Below, piece after piece: positions 1-13,620 of a DNA stretch of 58,391 nt (position 1 is its first letter; each line of letters opens with the position of its first letter). The notes under the pieces were generated by a model. That model was not told where the DNA came from. It searched no databases and saw nothing but the letters and a program-made list of their open reading frames with translations. This stretch comes from Octopus bimaculoides (lineage: Eukaryota), in contig NC_068988.1 in assembly GCF_001194135.2 (NCBI RefSeq), positions 69,721,073 to 69,779,463 on the forward strand. Reading direction: 5' to 3'. Position numbers and translations under genes: made by a program.

Positions 1-104
<104 letters not shown>

Positions 105-109
105 TTAAC

Positions 110-1110
110 AGGAGATGGATTCAGTGTTAAACATTTACTGAGTACAACTTATGATTCTCATCAGGTACATCGATAAAAATATGTTTCACTAGAGATTTTT
201 AGTGTCGGCTGGCTTCTTGTTATATGCCAATCAAGTTAGGGAATGAATAAAAACAAATAATATTACAGAAATGCAAAAAATTCAAATATGAACATGGAGT
301 TCCTTAAGTAGATCCAACAGAAGTGTACCACAACTGCGGATGACAACAGGTAGCCTAAACTGTGCTGGTGCTCTACTCAACATTTCAACACACTAATCAA
401 CTTATACCTATTTGTCAAAATTATTTATTATTATTATTATTATTATAATTGTTGCTGTTGTTGTTGTTGTTGTTGTTGTTATTATTATTATATGTATGTA
501 TAAAGTCTTTATATTCCTCAACAATTAAATTTTCATCAGTGGGAAAATGATAACAGGTGGGACATAAGGCCCGCTTTTTGGTTTTGGTCAATACCATAAG
601 TATAACCAGGTGATTTGAATTCAGTAAGTTCAAATTCTAAACAATCTTGCATTCCTTCCATCAAAAAAATCTCTCTTCCAAATGGTTACATAATAATTCT
701 ATAAAAGCTAATATGTCTTTCTCATCAGCAGTAGTTCCTTTTTTATCAGGTCTTTTATGTACCAACCCATTTACATATATATTGAAAAGTACATGATTGC
801 CAAGATCATGATATTGATTCTAATTTTTTAAACTTTTGCCTAAGCAAAATTTTGTACATCAATATATGCCAGATCTTTTCTTTGAAAAGTATTACACAAA
901 ATTACCAACTCTTTCAAAACATCATTTAAAACTTCAAAGGCTTTGTAAATTTTAACACTTTTTAGCTTTTTAAATCGATATTTCAAAATCACATCATTTG
1001 ATTTGTCTTGTCCAAAATAAGCTCTCAAATTTTCTAAGTTTTTGGAAATTGCCTGCAAAGTGATATATCTAGAAAGACACCGGACATCAATCATTTAAAA
1101 GTAATAGATT
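110..1110 (-). mobile_element. Decayed hAT-superfamily transposase fragment (C-terminal half with dimerisation region)
   Basis: The minus-strand ORF 840-1094 has DVRCLSR..L..I...L..YF (hAT RWLS motif). Further on are FIELLCNHLEERF, EEYKDF and YSFPNL...SLVKHIF (degenerate FPNL...S.A.VER.FS dimerisation motif). Many stops and frameshifts; a (TTA/TTG)n tract lies at 421-489. Confidence 0.7.
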
Positions 1111-1194
1111 TATTTTCTATTAATTTCTTTTTTTGGTGCACATAATTTTATATTCTAGTATGGTCACACACATACACACTGAGAGGAAATACTG

Positions 1195-2688
1195 CCGTAT
1201 ACTATGGTATAGACATCTTAGGATGATTTAATTTTCATAACAATATTGCTTGGTCCTCGTATATGCAATACCAAAGGTGCTGGTTGTTTATGAAAGTTTA
1301 CCTTCAACAACATGGCAGCAGGAGAAAAGATCAAGCACTATAAACTAAATGTGATAGAAGATGCTAAGGAGCATAGAAATAGCAGCTGTAGTAAGGAGGT
1401 CTGGCCCACATCTACTGGAAAAAAGATACGTGTCTGGTGACAACATGAAGATCAACTCAAAACAGCTAAAAAGGATAGACATAACCTTCATTCCCCAGCT
1501 CTACTTTAGCCTGAACTTGAGAATAACATGAAAAGGTGGAGACCAGGTGAAAGAAATTTAGGGAGTCGTGCTTCTACCAAAATGCTAATTACTGAAACCA
1601 GGAAAATAACAAAAGAACAACAGATTCAGAATTTTGCAAGAACAGGAGGTTGATGTTACTGGTTTATGAAATGTCAGGATTTATCAATGCATAGAATAGC
1701 ATATATTACACAGAAAATGCCAGCTAATCATGTAGAAAAAATATTTGAATTTCTTAGGTTTGCTGTAAAAGCAGACAAAACTTGCTTTAGACTGGGCCAA
1801 AGAGGAAACAAGGAAGAAATCTTGCTAATCTAACAAAACTGTGAGTACCAAGAGGAGTAAAACAGTTTTGATAAAAGCCAATTGTCAGGAAAAGAAGCCA
1901 TTATAACATAGTTCTGACTTGCTGTGCTGATGGCATATAACTGCGACTGGTTTAGTTATTTAAAAGATAAAAATTCCAGATGTATTTTTTCATGTCTATC
2001 CAAAAGGCTGGGTGAATGAACCTGAAATGAAACTGATGACAAAATGTATGGGTAAGATGTCCTGGTGGACTCTTAAGGAAACCTTCTCTTCTGGTTTGTA
2101 ATCAGTTTGGAGCACATAATACTGAAACCATAAAAAAAGTTGAGAAAATTGAAAACCCAGTTAGCTGTCATTCCTGTCAGATTGTCAAGACAATTACAAA
2201 TAAGCCATTTGAGCAAAACATGTAAGAATATTAGAATAAATGAATGGAAGATCCACATCATGACCTCACACCAAACAGGATGGATGAGTACACCACGGTA
2301 CAAATGTGTGATAAGATGGAAAAGTTTGGGGATAACTTCAAAACTGAAATAATTGTGAAGGTTTTAAGAAGTGTTGCATTAGCAATGCCTTTGATAGCAC
2401 AGAAAATGTTGCATTATTTGAATACAGTGAAATCAGTAATAATGATGATGAGTTTATGGGATTTAATGATAAAGACTTTTACATTTTTTTATATACAGTT
2501 GAATTTTATGCAATAGCTAAGGTACTTTTGTAACGATCTGTAATGTACTGCTAGATTGCTTTAAATATTACATGTTTTAATGTGCTAAATCTTCTTTTTC
2601 CCTTTCCTGAATATATGCTGCCAAAATTGAGATGTGTCTAATATGCCCATGCATATTATATGCATATTATGTTATATGCCAGCAAATA
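1195..2688 (+). mobile_element. pogo-like (POGK/Passer-type) DDE transposon relic, near full length, inactivated
   Basis: From ATG 1312: YKLNVIEDAKEH, PELENNMKRW, YWFMKCQDLSM..ITQKMP, KGWVNE, TQLAVIP, IIVK.FKKCCISNAFDSTE..DDEFMGF, i.e. HTH plus DDE_1 order with stops and frameshifts. Degenerate termini CCGTATAC.. (1195) and ..TTATATGCCAGCAAATA (2688). Confidence 0.88.
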
Positions 2689-2767
2689 AAGAGAGAGGGA
2701 GGGAGAGAGAGAAATAGAGAGAGGGAGGGAGAGATAGAAAGGAGAGTGAGGAAGAGAGAGAGAGAGA
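2689..2767. repeat. (GA)n-rich microsatellite
   Basis: Visible GA/GGGA run. Confidence 0.9.
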
Positions 2768-5168
2768 ATGTGTGTTTTAGCCGCCTTGACTTATAAATAA
2801 AACGTCACTATCATACCAACCAGTATTTTTTGTTTTCAAACTTCAATGAAAATATTTATAGACAAGGGAAAAAATATTATCGTTTTTGGACAAAAAGGTG
2901 AAAGTTGGTGATAGGAAGAGCATTCAAAAATAGAAAATTTGTTTTATCAGAACTCCATTTGACTCACAAAAGTATGGAAGAGTGAACATAGAAACACTGA
3001 TAATAAAAACAGTTATGACAGGCAGTGTCATTTAAAGTTTAACTACACATTTGCTACTGTGTGGATTATGTTGAAATGATTAAATTTTTAATTCTTTAAA
3101 TCCCTATCTTAGCCTTCATACCTACCTATAGCCATTTGGAAGCACCATCATCAGGCATGTTACTGGTGACATAAGGAAGATATAACATAATTAATCTTTA
3201 TGGAAAACAAATATCAGCAAAATATATGAAAAGAAACTAAACTTTCTAAAATCGATTTTAATGCATTCAGTTTAAGAGAATGAAACATTCCTTAAAATAT
3301 TCTATCTAAAGAAATTCTCACTGGAATATTCTGGAGAATTTCCTTTTCTGATTTAATAGGTAATCTATGATTTATTTTAATACATTCTAATCGTGTATGT
3401 TGAACATAACCTGTAGTTAAGATCTGTAAAGATAGAGATCTGATGTGAGATAATTTGATTGAATTTAATGTGTTTAAAGTTACAATTTCTTTTGATGAAA
3501 ATATCTAAAAGTTAATTAAGATGAAGAAAAAAAGAGAGAAATGATATTAATGCAGTCTTTCATATTGCTATTTAAGAAGAAATATATTTCTGTATTATTG
3601 ACACAGAATTGTTCAAATAAACATGAAAAATAATAATATAGGAATGAAAATGTTTTCACTTAGGGGTTTTTGTTTTCTTATTTTCTTAGTTTATACATCA
3701 TTTATTAGTTTAAAGTGTGTATGTGTGTGCATGTGTATGTACGCATGCAATGCTCATGCATCATATACATATCAGAGATACCATCTGCATGAAAAACAAT
3801 GGATAAATTAATATTAACATCTTTAAAACATGGATCATTACAAGTGAATTTAAATGAAATATTCTGTGAGAGAAAATTAAAAAAATACAATGTTAGTCTT
3901 TGATTTACACTTGTGTTTCAATACTGTTGTGAGAAGTACAGTGAAGAGAAACCTGTCTAGTGTTGCCTCTCATAGAAAAAGAAAAGCAATATATTTTTCT
4001 CCCTCTTTATTGCATATTTATTTCTAATTATCTCTTTAATACTCCCAGTATTAAGATTGTTAAAACTAATGCATTTGTTATTATCTGTATTAATCAACCA
4101 ATCATCAAACAATTCTGTTTTACTCTACACATTAAATATACAATTCTAATTATCCTGAAGACTACACTTTGATGATAAGATAAGAATAAGACCAACACAT
4201 ACCTAGAGTAATCTTCCATGCCTATAAGGAAAATGAACATTGTATAAGTCATTGATTAATACTGTGTTTCTCTCAACCTCTAATGTTTTAGTGTTTCAAT
4301 ATCTACTCTTTCTACTAAATTAAAATAATCTGCTCCAAGTTTCTTTCAATAATTTCATTGATTCTGTTATTGTTATGACTGAACTTATGAAATATATAGA
4401 AAGGATATAGAATGACCCATAGCTCCCACTATTGAATGTTATCACTAACATACAGAATGGAGGAATATAGAAAAGCATAAGATAGACATGTCTATATAAT
4501 TTTATGACTAATATTAGAATAAGAGGATCTGTTCTGTTACATTCAATAAAATATGAATCCACCACTGCAACATGCAAAATTAGATATGCACACATGTACG
4601 CAAGGTTATAAAAATTAATCTCAGCAGTCAAGGATTGAATGGATGACAAAAGAAGCTCTGTTACTTGTTTCGAAGATGAGAAATAAATAAAGATCAAAAG
4701 TTGTATGTTGCTGTCAATTTCAAATATAGATAATAATTTGTTTCTTTTCCATCATTATTGCTTGTATAACTTTTGCTATTGTCATTCGTTCATTGTTTTC
4801 ATGCCATTAGTGTTTCTACAATTGCAGTTGCTTCCACAGTTCTTATGGTCAGTTTTTGTGTACTTGTTCTAATGTGGTTTCAGATATTCTAGTTTTGTTA
4901 CTGCTGTTGTTTGCTGCATTTATAAATGCTGCAGATATTGATGTTAGTTTGTTATTTCTGCTGTATACAACATTTAGCATTCTTGAATACAGCCCTGAAA
5001 TTTTCTTCATGCATGTTCAGTTCTTGTTCTCAAGAAACTAGTGCTGCTCATTTTCTGGTGATTAGTTATATATTTTAAATTGGATATGAAACTTAAAGTA
5101 ATGATGGGCTACATAATATAGATTTTACTCTACGTTTGTACTGTGTATTTTATTTTAGTTTGGGTATC

Positions 5169-5335
<167 letters not shown>

Positions 5336-5769
5336 ATCTGTTTGTCTCTCTATTAAGTAAATAGGATTCACTATTGATTACACTTACACTTGAGTTCCTC
5401 ATTTTCTGCATTCTCTTCTGTCCCCATCTCTAACAACCTATTATTCTCCTCCTCTCACACTCACACAAACCCATCCAGTCATTCTCGGTTCCCTAACTCT
5501 ATTATTTCTTTATCTACCTTCTTGTACCTTGAGATTACCCACTTCATTTCCACCATCCATTTGCCCTTTCCAGCTGGGGTAGCTATCATCTCCTCTAAAG
5601 AAAGATATCTATTCCTGTCCTCTATAATGATTTAGCTTCTCAGTATCTGGCACAAAACCATCTCCCTCAATGCTACTTCTCAACTCAGTTGTGGGATCTT
5701 GTCTTGCAAATTACTTAGTGACCTCAGTAGTGCTGATACTACATACAAATTTTAAAAAAACAGTCAGTA

Positions 5770-5996
5770 CAATCTGTAAAGTGGTTGGCAATAGAAAAAG
5801 TATCCAGGCATAGAAGCTATGACAAAGCATACATTGGAGTATAAAGCAATCGTCCAACTAACTGGATCCTGTTAAAGCATCCAGCCTATATCAGCATGTT
5901 AAATGATGTACAGATGTTAAATGATGTACAGATGTTAAGTTAAATGATGATGACGACGACGATGATGATGATGATGATGATGGTGATGATGATGTT
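5770..5996 (+). mobile_element. 5'-truncated RTE LINE 3' end with (GAT)n tail
   Basis: GTGGTTGGCAATAGAAAAAGTATCCAG..CAGCATG..GTTAAATGATGATG resembles the 3' UTR of the RTE at 18430-18600; includes an 18-bp tandem slip (ATGTTAAATGATGTACAG). Confidence 0.7.
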
Positions 5997-6112
5997 ATAG
6001 TTGAGCTATTTAAAAGAAAGTTGGTTTTCTTCTGTTGGTTGCTTTCCTTGCATTCGGTACTAAATGTGTTTATTTGGGAAGTCCAGTGTGTGGCATTATT
6101 CTGTAGTAATGC

Positions 6113-6156
<44 letters not shown>

Positions 6157-6504
6157 TATTCCTGTGTGGTTATGAGTTCACTTCCATCCAACATAGATTT
6201 GAATTATGCTCCACTGCAAGATACCTTGGGCAGTTATCTTCCACTATTGCCTTTGTTGACCAAAGCTTTGCGTGTTGCTCTGGTAGATGTAATCCGAATG
6301 AGACATATATGGGCGTGTATGAATATGTAAGTAGATAAGTGTGAATGTGTGTGTGTGTGTGCATGTGTGTACATGCATGCATAAGTATGTGTGAATGCAT
6401 CTCATTCTAAACATCAAGTACCAGATATAAATGAGTTTCACCATCATATAAGTGGTGTCATGCATTTCCAATCTTCTGCAAAACCATGTTCAGACACAGG
6501 GAAA

Positions 6505-6631
6505 TCTTACCTTGCTTGGAAAACGTTGAACTTTATTGACAGGAAGGGCATCCAGGGGTTGAAACCTACCTCAGTGAATTGTGTCTAACCCATGTAAGCA
6601 TAGGAAAGGAAATGTTAAAGCAATGATGATG

Positions 6632-6632
<1 letters not shown>
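6505..6632 (+). mobile_element. RTE-related 3' tail fragment
   Basis: GGAAGGGCATCCAG..AACCCATGTAAGCAT..GTTAAAGCAATGATGATG motifs shared with other RTE tails. Confidence 0.6.
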
Positions 6633-6678
<46 letters not shown>

Positions 6679-6748
6679 TATGTGTGTGTATATATATATA
6701 TATATATAAAATATATATGTGTGTGTATATATATATATATAAAATATA

Positions 6749-6798
<50 letters not shown>

Positions 6799-6835
6799 TA
6801 GATAATCACACACACACACACACACAAAGGAAGTA
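6633..6835. repeat. Compound AT/GT minisatellite (unit AAAATATATATGTGTGTG(TA)n, 3 copies) plus (CA)n
   Basis: Directly visible. Confidence 0.9.
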
Positions 6836-7355
6836 AGGAAGAGACGAAGCAAGAGAGAAAAAGTGATGCATTTCAAATATATATATGCCTGTATGTTTAA
6901 ATCTATGTAAATATTGATATGCATTTTAATCAATAATCAAATTTAGATGAACAAATCGATCACATTTATTTAAGACCTTTCAGACCACTTGATGAAAGGA
7001 TTACAGTGATATTTGCCCTGTCACGAGAGCTTTCATATATAACTAAATAAATATATGGATCTCACGAAGTTCTATTAGATCTGTGATAACCAGAAGTCAA
7101 AGAGGAATGTATACTTGAATTTATTGATTTATAGACATAACCTATGAAGACAAATTTATCAAACAACATTCAGGTGGACATTATGTAATGTGTAACATTC
7201 ATCATACATACATGCAATGTTATAACATTTATGAGTGTGCTTGTATGCTTGTGCAGATGTGTGTGTGTTTGTATACACACACACACATATATATATATAC
7301 AGTAATCTCTCAACTATCGTGGGTGTTATGTTCCCAAACCACCAGTGATTACTGT

Positions 7356-7390
<35 letters not shown>

Positions 7391-7401
7391 TATACACATA
7401 C

Positions 7402-7625
7402 ATTTCTTTATTGCCCACAGGGGGCTAAACATATAGGGGACAAACAAGGACAGACAAAGGGATTAAGTTGGTTAGATCTACCCCAGTGCATAACAGGTAC
7501 TTATTTAATCAACCCCAAAAGGATGAAAGGCAAAGTTAACCTCAGTGGAATTTGAACTCAGAACATAACGGCAGAAGAAATACCACTAAGCATTTCACCC
7601 AGCAAGCTAACAATTCTGCCAGCTC

Positions 7626-7628
<3 letters not shown>
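7402..7628 (-). mobile_element. SINE family A (head GGTGAGCTGGCAGAA..GTTCTGAGTTCAAATTCC), tail variant 1
   Basis: Full-length similarity to the + copy at 55349-55574; Pol III B-box-like GAGTTCAAATTCC. Confidence 0.9.
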
Positions 7629-7689
<61 letters not shown>

Positions 7690-7764
7690 CACACACACAC
7701 ACACACACATGCATAAACATGCACACACACACACACATATATGTATTTATGTCTATTTGTACAT

Positions 7765-8272
7765 ATCATCATCATCATCATCATCATCATGATCATTGCT
7801 TAACGTCCATAGTTCATACTGGTATGGGTTGGTTGCTTTGAAAAGAGCTGGCTAATTAGAGGGCTGTCCAGACTCCAGTTGTCTCTTTTGGCATGGTTTC
7901 TACAGTTGGATGCCGTTCCTAACACCAATCATTTTACAAAGTGAACTGAGTGCTTTTTACATGCCACCAGCATGGGTTCATTTTATGTGGCACTGGTACT
8001 AGTGCACATTATATAGCACCAGTATGAGTGCATCTCATGTGACCCTAGCCCCTGTAAGACGAAGTCCTTTCAGCTGGGCGAGGAAGTGGGGGTCATGGTC
8101 ATAAAGGACATACTTGTATGTTTGGATGAACACAATGGTTCTTAGCCGGACATGTCTTTTCAAGTACAGAAAATTTCCACAAATCCTGGTCCCTTTTTAT
8201 CTCCTCAGTGTGGCCCAGCATCTGAAGATCCTTTCTCACCACTTTGTCCCATGTCTTCCTCAGTCTACCATA
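7765..8272 (-). mobile_element. 5'-truncated RTE LINE (ORF C-terminus plus 3' UTR plus (GAT)n tail)
   Basis: Reverse strand encodes GRLRKTWDKVVRKDLQMLGHTEEIKRDQDLWKFSVLEKT, matching the end of ORF 17420-18049. Confidence 0.88.
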
Positions 8273-8399
8273 AACATTTACATATGTTTAGATATACATG
8301 TATATTCAGACATGTACATGCATATATACATGTATAAGGATGACAATAACTTAAAACTTATAAAAATCTGCCTCCTAACCTTGCACTGGCTAATTTTGA

Positions 8400-8659
8400 A
8401 AATTATCTTCTCCTAATGATTAGGAACATTTAATTATCTAATTAGATGAATTCATTCCAAAAGGACCTCTCCTGGATTATCTTAAGGATGAAAAATTCGC
8501 CAAATCTGTGTTTTTCAGACTGATATGTATACTAATTTTATATCTGAGGAACTTAATGGAAATTAGACACATTTATTGGAATGCTCTTGAGGATAATCAC
8601 TCTAAGCTGATCATGGACCTCAGATTACTTGATTGAACAAGACCCTGTACCCCACCGCT

Positions 8660-8699
<40 letters not shown>

Positions 8700-9905
8700 T
8701 ACACACACTTCACCTTGAGGGACTATAAGCCTGACTTCTCCATCAAACCTTTTACTAAACTTATTTGCCTACTAAGTTGGATTTAGTGATGAAAACAGCT
8801 AAGCTTCTTTGCATCTGTACTAGTGAGGTCATGATTTTGTGCTCACTTCTTTCAGTTTGCTATTTCAAATTATTACACTTCCACATCCTCCATTCAATTA
8901 AATAAGGCCCTAATCCTCACAAAGAAACTCACACCCCCTCTCTCTGGCAGGCGTCAACATTATCTTAGCTGTGAGGAAAACACTTTTCTTTTAATAACAA
9001 TATATATAATATTCCATAATTCCCCTACAGATCTCTTATATAACCATGGGATCCTCGGTTTCTGCTCAGGTTATTGACCTGGATGGTCTTTTACTTTTAT
9101 CCTAGATAAACCAGCCCTTCCCTATCCTATCCGGAGGCCTATACAGGAATTATGCTCTTCTCACAGTCATGGTTATATCTCGACCTTCTGCTGAGTACAG
9201 CTGGAAGGCCCTCCAAAAGTTCTTTAATAATTATTATCTTACTCATTTGAAAATGGCGCTAAGGTAGCTAACTTCTTAGATGTGGACCTATAATACCTTT
9301 ACCAAATCAGTTATTACAATATAACAATGTCTTATCTAATCACCCTGGATTTTCCCTTAGTAGCATTATCACTGGTGATTCAATCAAGATTTCTAACCTA
9401 TCAGCTATTGAAGATATCTTTAATAATCATGCCCATACTATAACCAAACTCTCCAAAATAGAGGCTTCTATAAGTGGATCCCATACATACCCAACACTAG
9501 ACTAAGAACGAAAGACACACTTCTCTTTCCTAGTGTGGAATCTAAGCCTGCAAGTCTTGTCTCTACCCATCCACATCCCATCACTCTGCAACTGAATTAC
9601 CCTGCAGCCAATATTTGCCCCATATTTCAGTCACATTGAAGGTTTAATTATCTCCAGCATCCCCAGGCTAGCCTGCCTATCACTATGCCACATCCTAAGC
9701 CCTCAGTGGGTAGAAAGTTGGAAGTCTTATATTTTGCATCACGATTCTCTCTTCAGGTTAAATTTTTGCCCAAGCTATTTTTCAAACTCCTAAGTTCTAA
9801 TATCCTACCATATCATAAATATTACTCTGTTCAACAAATCTACAATTAAAATGCCACACTCTACTACACTAACTTGGGATCAATAATTGCCTCTTCCAAT
9901 AGGTG
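8400..9905 (+). mobile_element. Penelope-like element RT relic, YRDD-type lineage
   Basis: Ordered motifs FTLRDYKPDF..P..KLI (8709), MGSSVSAQVIDL, GLYRNYAL (9136; degenerate GLYRDDGL), NFLDVDL, SNHP..I..KISNLS..EDIF, FFKLL..HKY..FNKSTIK. (CA)n insertion at 8661-8708; many stops and frameshifts. Confidence 0.8.
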
Positions 9906-10213
9906 GGTCCGACATACTATTCATCTGGACCCCACCCTAACCCACTGGATACTAATACTATGTGCTGTTTATCTTGATATGAAATCACCATGTTGCACAC
10001 ATATGGTTGTGATGCATGTGCCTGGTGTACCCTTATCAGATGGGTAGTCATGATGGGTATACTGGGCTTCATATATTTTACCCCAGTTTCACTTTGATGG
10101 CATGCACTACTCTCTCACTCATTAATGATAATAATAATAATAATAACAACAACAACAATAATAATAATAATCATCATAATAATAATAATATTAATAATCA
10201 TAATAATAATAAT

Positions 10214-10427
10214 AATCCTTTCTACTAAAAGCACAAGGCCTGAAATTTGTGGGGAAGAGACTAGTTGATTATAATGACTTCAGTGTTTTCCTGGTACTTA
10301 ATTAATCGACCCCCCCCCCTCCCAAGGAGGACAGACAAAGTCAACCGCAGCAGAATTTGAACTCAGAACGAAGCGACAGACAAAATACCAATAAGCATCT
10401 TGCTTGCGCGCTAATGATTCTGCCAGC
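10214..10427 (-). mobile_element. SINE family A, tail variant 2 with (ATT)n tail
   Basis: Same head and core as 7402-7628; tail GGCCTTGTGC..AGTAGAAAGGATT. Confidence 0.88.
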
Positions 10428-11062
10428 AATGATAAATATTTTAGCCAATGCAAATAAGCCATATCTATGGCTATACATTTAAAAGTGATGTATACTGGGA
10501 TCAAATACTTCTCGCTTTATTATGGCTATACACCGTTCATAATAACATTGAGTTTGTTGATAATGTAAGCTGCAGTTAGAGAAAGAATTGCATGCTTGAA
10601 AAATATCTTAGACATTTTTATGTCTCTGGTTATATTTGTGTTTTGCAAATATATGTGTGTCGTATACAGAATTAAATTTACGACTAAGTCAATTTTCTTT
10701 GATTTATTTTGACATTTTTGGCTTTCTTTAATTTCTAATAATATCCAGGGAACAAGATCCAATGAACTGAGTTGAATTATGGCTAATGATCAGGATTTCA
10801 AAATTCAAAATTAAAAGCCTTCAATTCATTCGTCCAAACACAAAAGATTCAATAAACCTAACTGTGGACTCTTTAACATTAAAATCAAAGAATAAACAAG
10901 ATATTTGCCATAGCAGTGCACATCATCATGAAAAGAATTGAATTAGAATCAACAATTTATGGTATCGTGCATTTCCAATGATGTAAATTATGCAAAAAGA
11001 AAACAAACAATCAAAACAAACAAAAAGAAAATTTAAGAAATTCAATCAGGATTTTTTAATTT

Positions 11063-11213
11063 CAGGCGTGGCTGTATGGTTAAGAAGTTTTCCTCCCAAC
11101 TACATGATTTCCGGTTCTACTGCATGGCACTTTGGGCAAGTGTTTTCAACTATAGCCCAAGGATGATCAAAGCCTTGTCGGTAGATTTGTTCGATGGAAA
11201 CTGAAAAAAGCCC

Positions 11214-11216
<3 letters not shown>
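11063..11216 (+). mobile_element. tRNA-derived SINE family B
   Basis: A-box-like TGGCTGTATGG, degenerate B box, core TTGGGCAAGTGTTTTCAACTATAGCC shared with 14758 and 39472 copies. Confidence 0.85.
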
Positions 11217-11247
<31 letters not shown>

Positions 11248-11479
11248 TCACTCTCTCTCTCTCTCTCTTTCTATATATATATATACACACACACACACAT
11301 ATATCTGTATACATATATATGATATATATATATATATATTTATATATGTAAAAATATTTTCCTTTCAAAGAATGCATTAATGTCTGACAGGTAGCTAAAA
11401 AAGATTTAGTTTACAAAATTATCATTATATGCCGTATATCTTTGTATTCAATGTAGATACATGTATACAATATTGTACA

Positions 11480-12530
11480 TTGCGTGTGTGTGTGCGTGTG
11501 ATAACATATATATTTTTGTGGGAAGTAGAGAGATTTAGGGCAGAGAGGGAGACTATCTATTTATGTGATTGTTTATACACATTTGTGTGTGTAGATGTGT
11601 GAACGAAAGTGGTACTCTATCTATGTAAGTGTGTGTGTGCTATATGTGTATGTTGTATGTGTATGTATTTATCTGATAAAGACAGACTAGTGATGAAAGA
11701 GAAGATGGCATCAGTAATTGCATGTGTGTGAGAGAAAGAGAGAGAGAAAGAAAATATATTTGTAAGTGTGTGTGTAATAGTAAGTGTGTGTGTGCAATAG
11801 TAAGTGTGTGTGTGTTCACTTATCTAAAAATTCAGTTGTAGAGATTGGACAGAAGAAGAGAAATGTTGAATGTTGCACAGTCAAGAACAGTAAACAGGAT
11901 AACATTGCAATGCTGAGTGGAGTAAAGCCATTAGATTTCTATATTCTATAGAGACTGGAGTGATAACATGGAAAACAATGGATGGTATTTAATGGGTAAG
12001 CATAGAAAAGAAGATAGATGGAGAAATGAGTGTAGGCAGTGTGCAAAGTGCGAATAGATATAGGGAATGAAGTAAGAGAAAGAGAAATTTGGGGGAATGA
12101 TACTGAAAAAAAAGAAAAGAAAAGAGAAAGCTATGAGATGAATGATGAAAATTATGATAAGAATAAAACTGAAGGAATGAGTATTAAACAGAGAGAGAGT
12201 GGGGGAATAAGTGTGATGGATATAGAGAGGAAGAGAAAAGAGTGAAATAGTAAGGGAGATTTAAGTTGAATATATATGTGAAACAAAGTGGGAGTTGAGT
12301 GATAAAAAGAGACAACATATAAGAGGAAGGAAATGAAAAATTGAGAGAATGATGAAAATAACAGAGAGGGCAACAGATAAAAAGCAAAAGAGAGATGAGT
12401 AGAAAAGGAAAAGAAATTAAGAAAAGACAGCATCTTCTAAGTAAAAGATTAAAAATCTTAGAATTGTTGATATATAAAGCATAAATAAATAATAATAAAT
12501 AGAAAAGAATAAAGAAAAACAAGACAAAAA
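11480..12530. repeat. TG-rich then purine (GA)-rich low-complexity tract
   Basis: Composition visible; short tandem GTAAGTGTGTGTGT..AATA units at about 11762-11815. Confidence 0.8.
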
Positions 12531-12814
12531 TTGAATCATTAATAACGGCACAAATACACCGATAAAAGGCTTTGAAGAACTATTTGAATTGTTGTTGTTG
12601 TTGTAGATGTTGATATTATTGTCATCATAACTAAAACATTTTAATCTAATAGTGAAATTTCAAACTAAAATAAAAATGTTCTTTATCGAACATGTTTGCT
12701 AATGAAATTGATGGAATAATCAAAAATTAATCTTGAAGGTGAATATTTTGTGATGTCATGTTAGGGTGGTATAGTCCTGCTTTGCTTCAATCTCAGAATT
12801 TCAAAGAATGCCTT

Positions 12815-13005
12815 TCATCACCATTATTCTTTAAACATCCATTTCCCATTCTAGCATGAATTGGATGGTTTGATAATGGGTACAAGAACTACATCATGCT
12901 CCAATATCTGCTTTGGTATGGTTTCTACAGCTGAATACCGTTCTCAATGCCAACCACTTTACAATGTGTAGTGGGTGCTTTTTCATGGCAGCAACACTAG
13001 TGAAG
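12815..13005 (-). mobile_element. RTE 3' end fragment
   Basis: Reverse complement of AAAAGCACCCACTAC..GTGGTTGGCATTGAGAACGGTATTCAGCTGTAGAAACC..CATGCTAG..GGATGTTTAAA. Confidence 0.75.
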
Positions 13006-13179
13006 CCTAAAAGACATAGATTGCCTTTGACTGAGTGGATCTACAATAGAGGGGAAGCTGGCTTTATGCTATGAGATAAGGCATAAAAGTGAGAGAGAGG
13101 GGTCAAGAAAGGATAGTTTTTTGTACTTTAGTGGAGCAGGAAGTGGTCGTTATGGAACTGGAAAAAGATTTTTTAAATG

Positions 13180-13620
13180 GTGGAACAAGTGTTGAGGGAT
13201 GAAAAGTAGGAAAAGTAATTGGCCTTATGATCCTTAAATGTGATACAGGTACATGTCACAAGGCAGCCTACATGATCTACCTTCAGAAGAATGGTTAACT
13301 CCTCCACTTTAATGCCCATGTCAATGAAAGTTGTGTTGCTGGTTACCTGTATGTTTTGATGATGGTGTTTTAGCAAGAAGTTTTCTAAGATTAAAGTAAA
13401 ACTTCTTCATAAGTTGAGATGAGAAAAATCTCTACCTTCCAGACCCACTTTATCTGGAGACTCTGATAACAAGGTTACAGCTTTCCTAACATCACAAGAA
13501 ACATCCTTGACAGTGCCCCTATCTTACTCATAGAAATTGGTGATTGTCAACTCTGCCTCCATGGAAAACTGTATAGACTCCAGTAACCTACAGTATTCAT
13601 CAATAGTAAGACTGACATAT
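13180..13620 (-). mobile_element. Second fragment of a YRDD-type Penelope-like element
   Basis: ORF 13173-13376 contains CITFKDHKANY (cf. FITLKDHK.NF); upstream VD.TNFYE resembles ADKT.N.Y. Confidence 0.55.
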
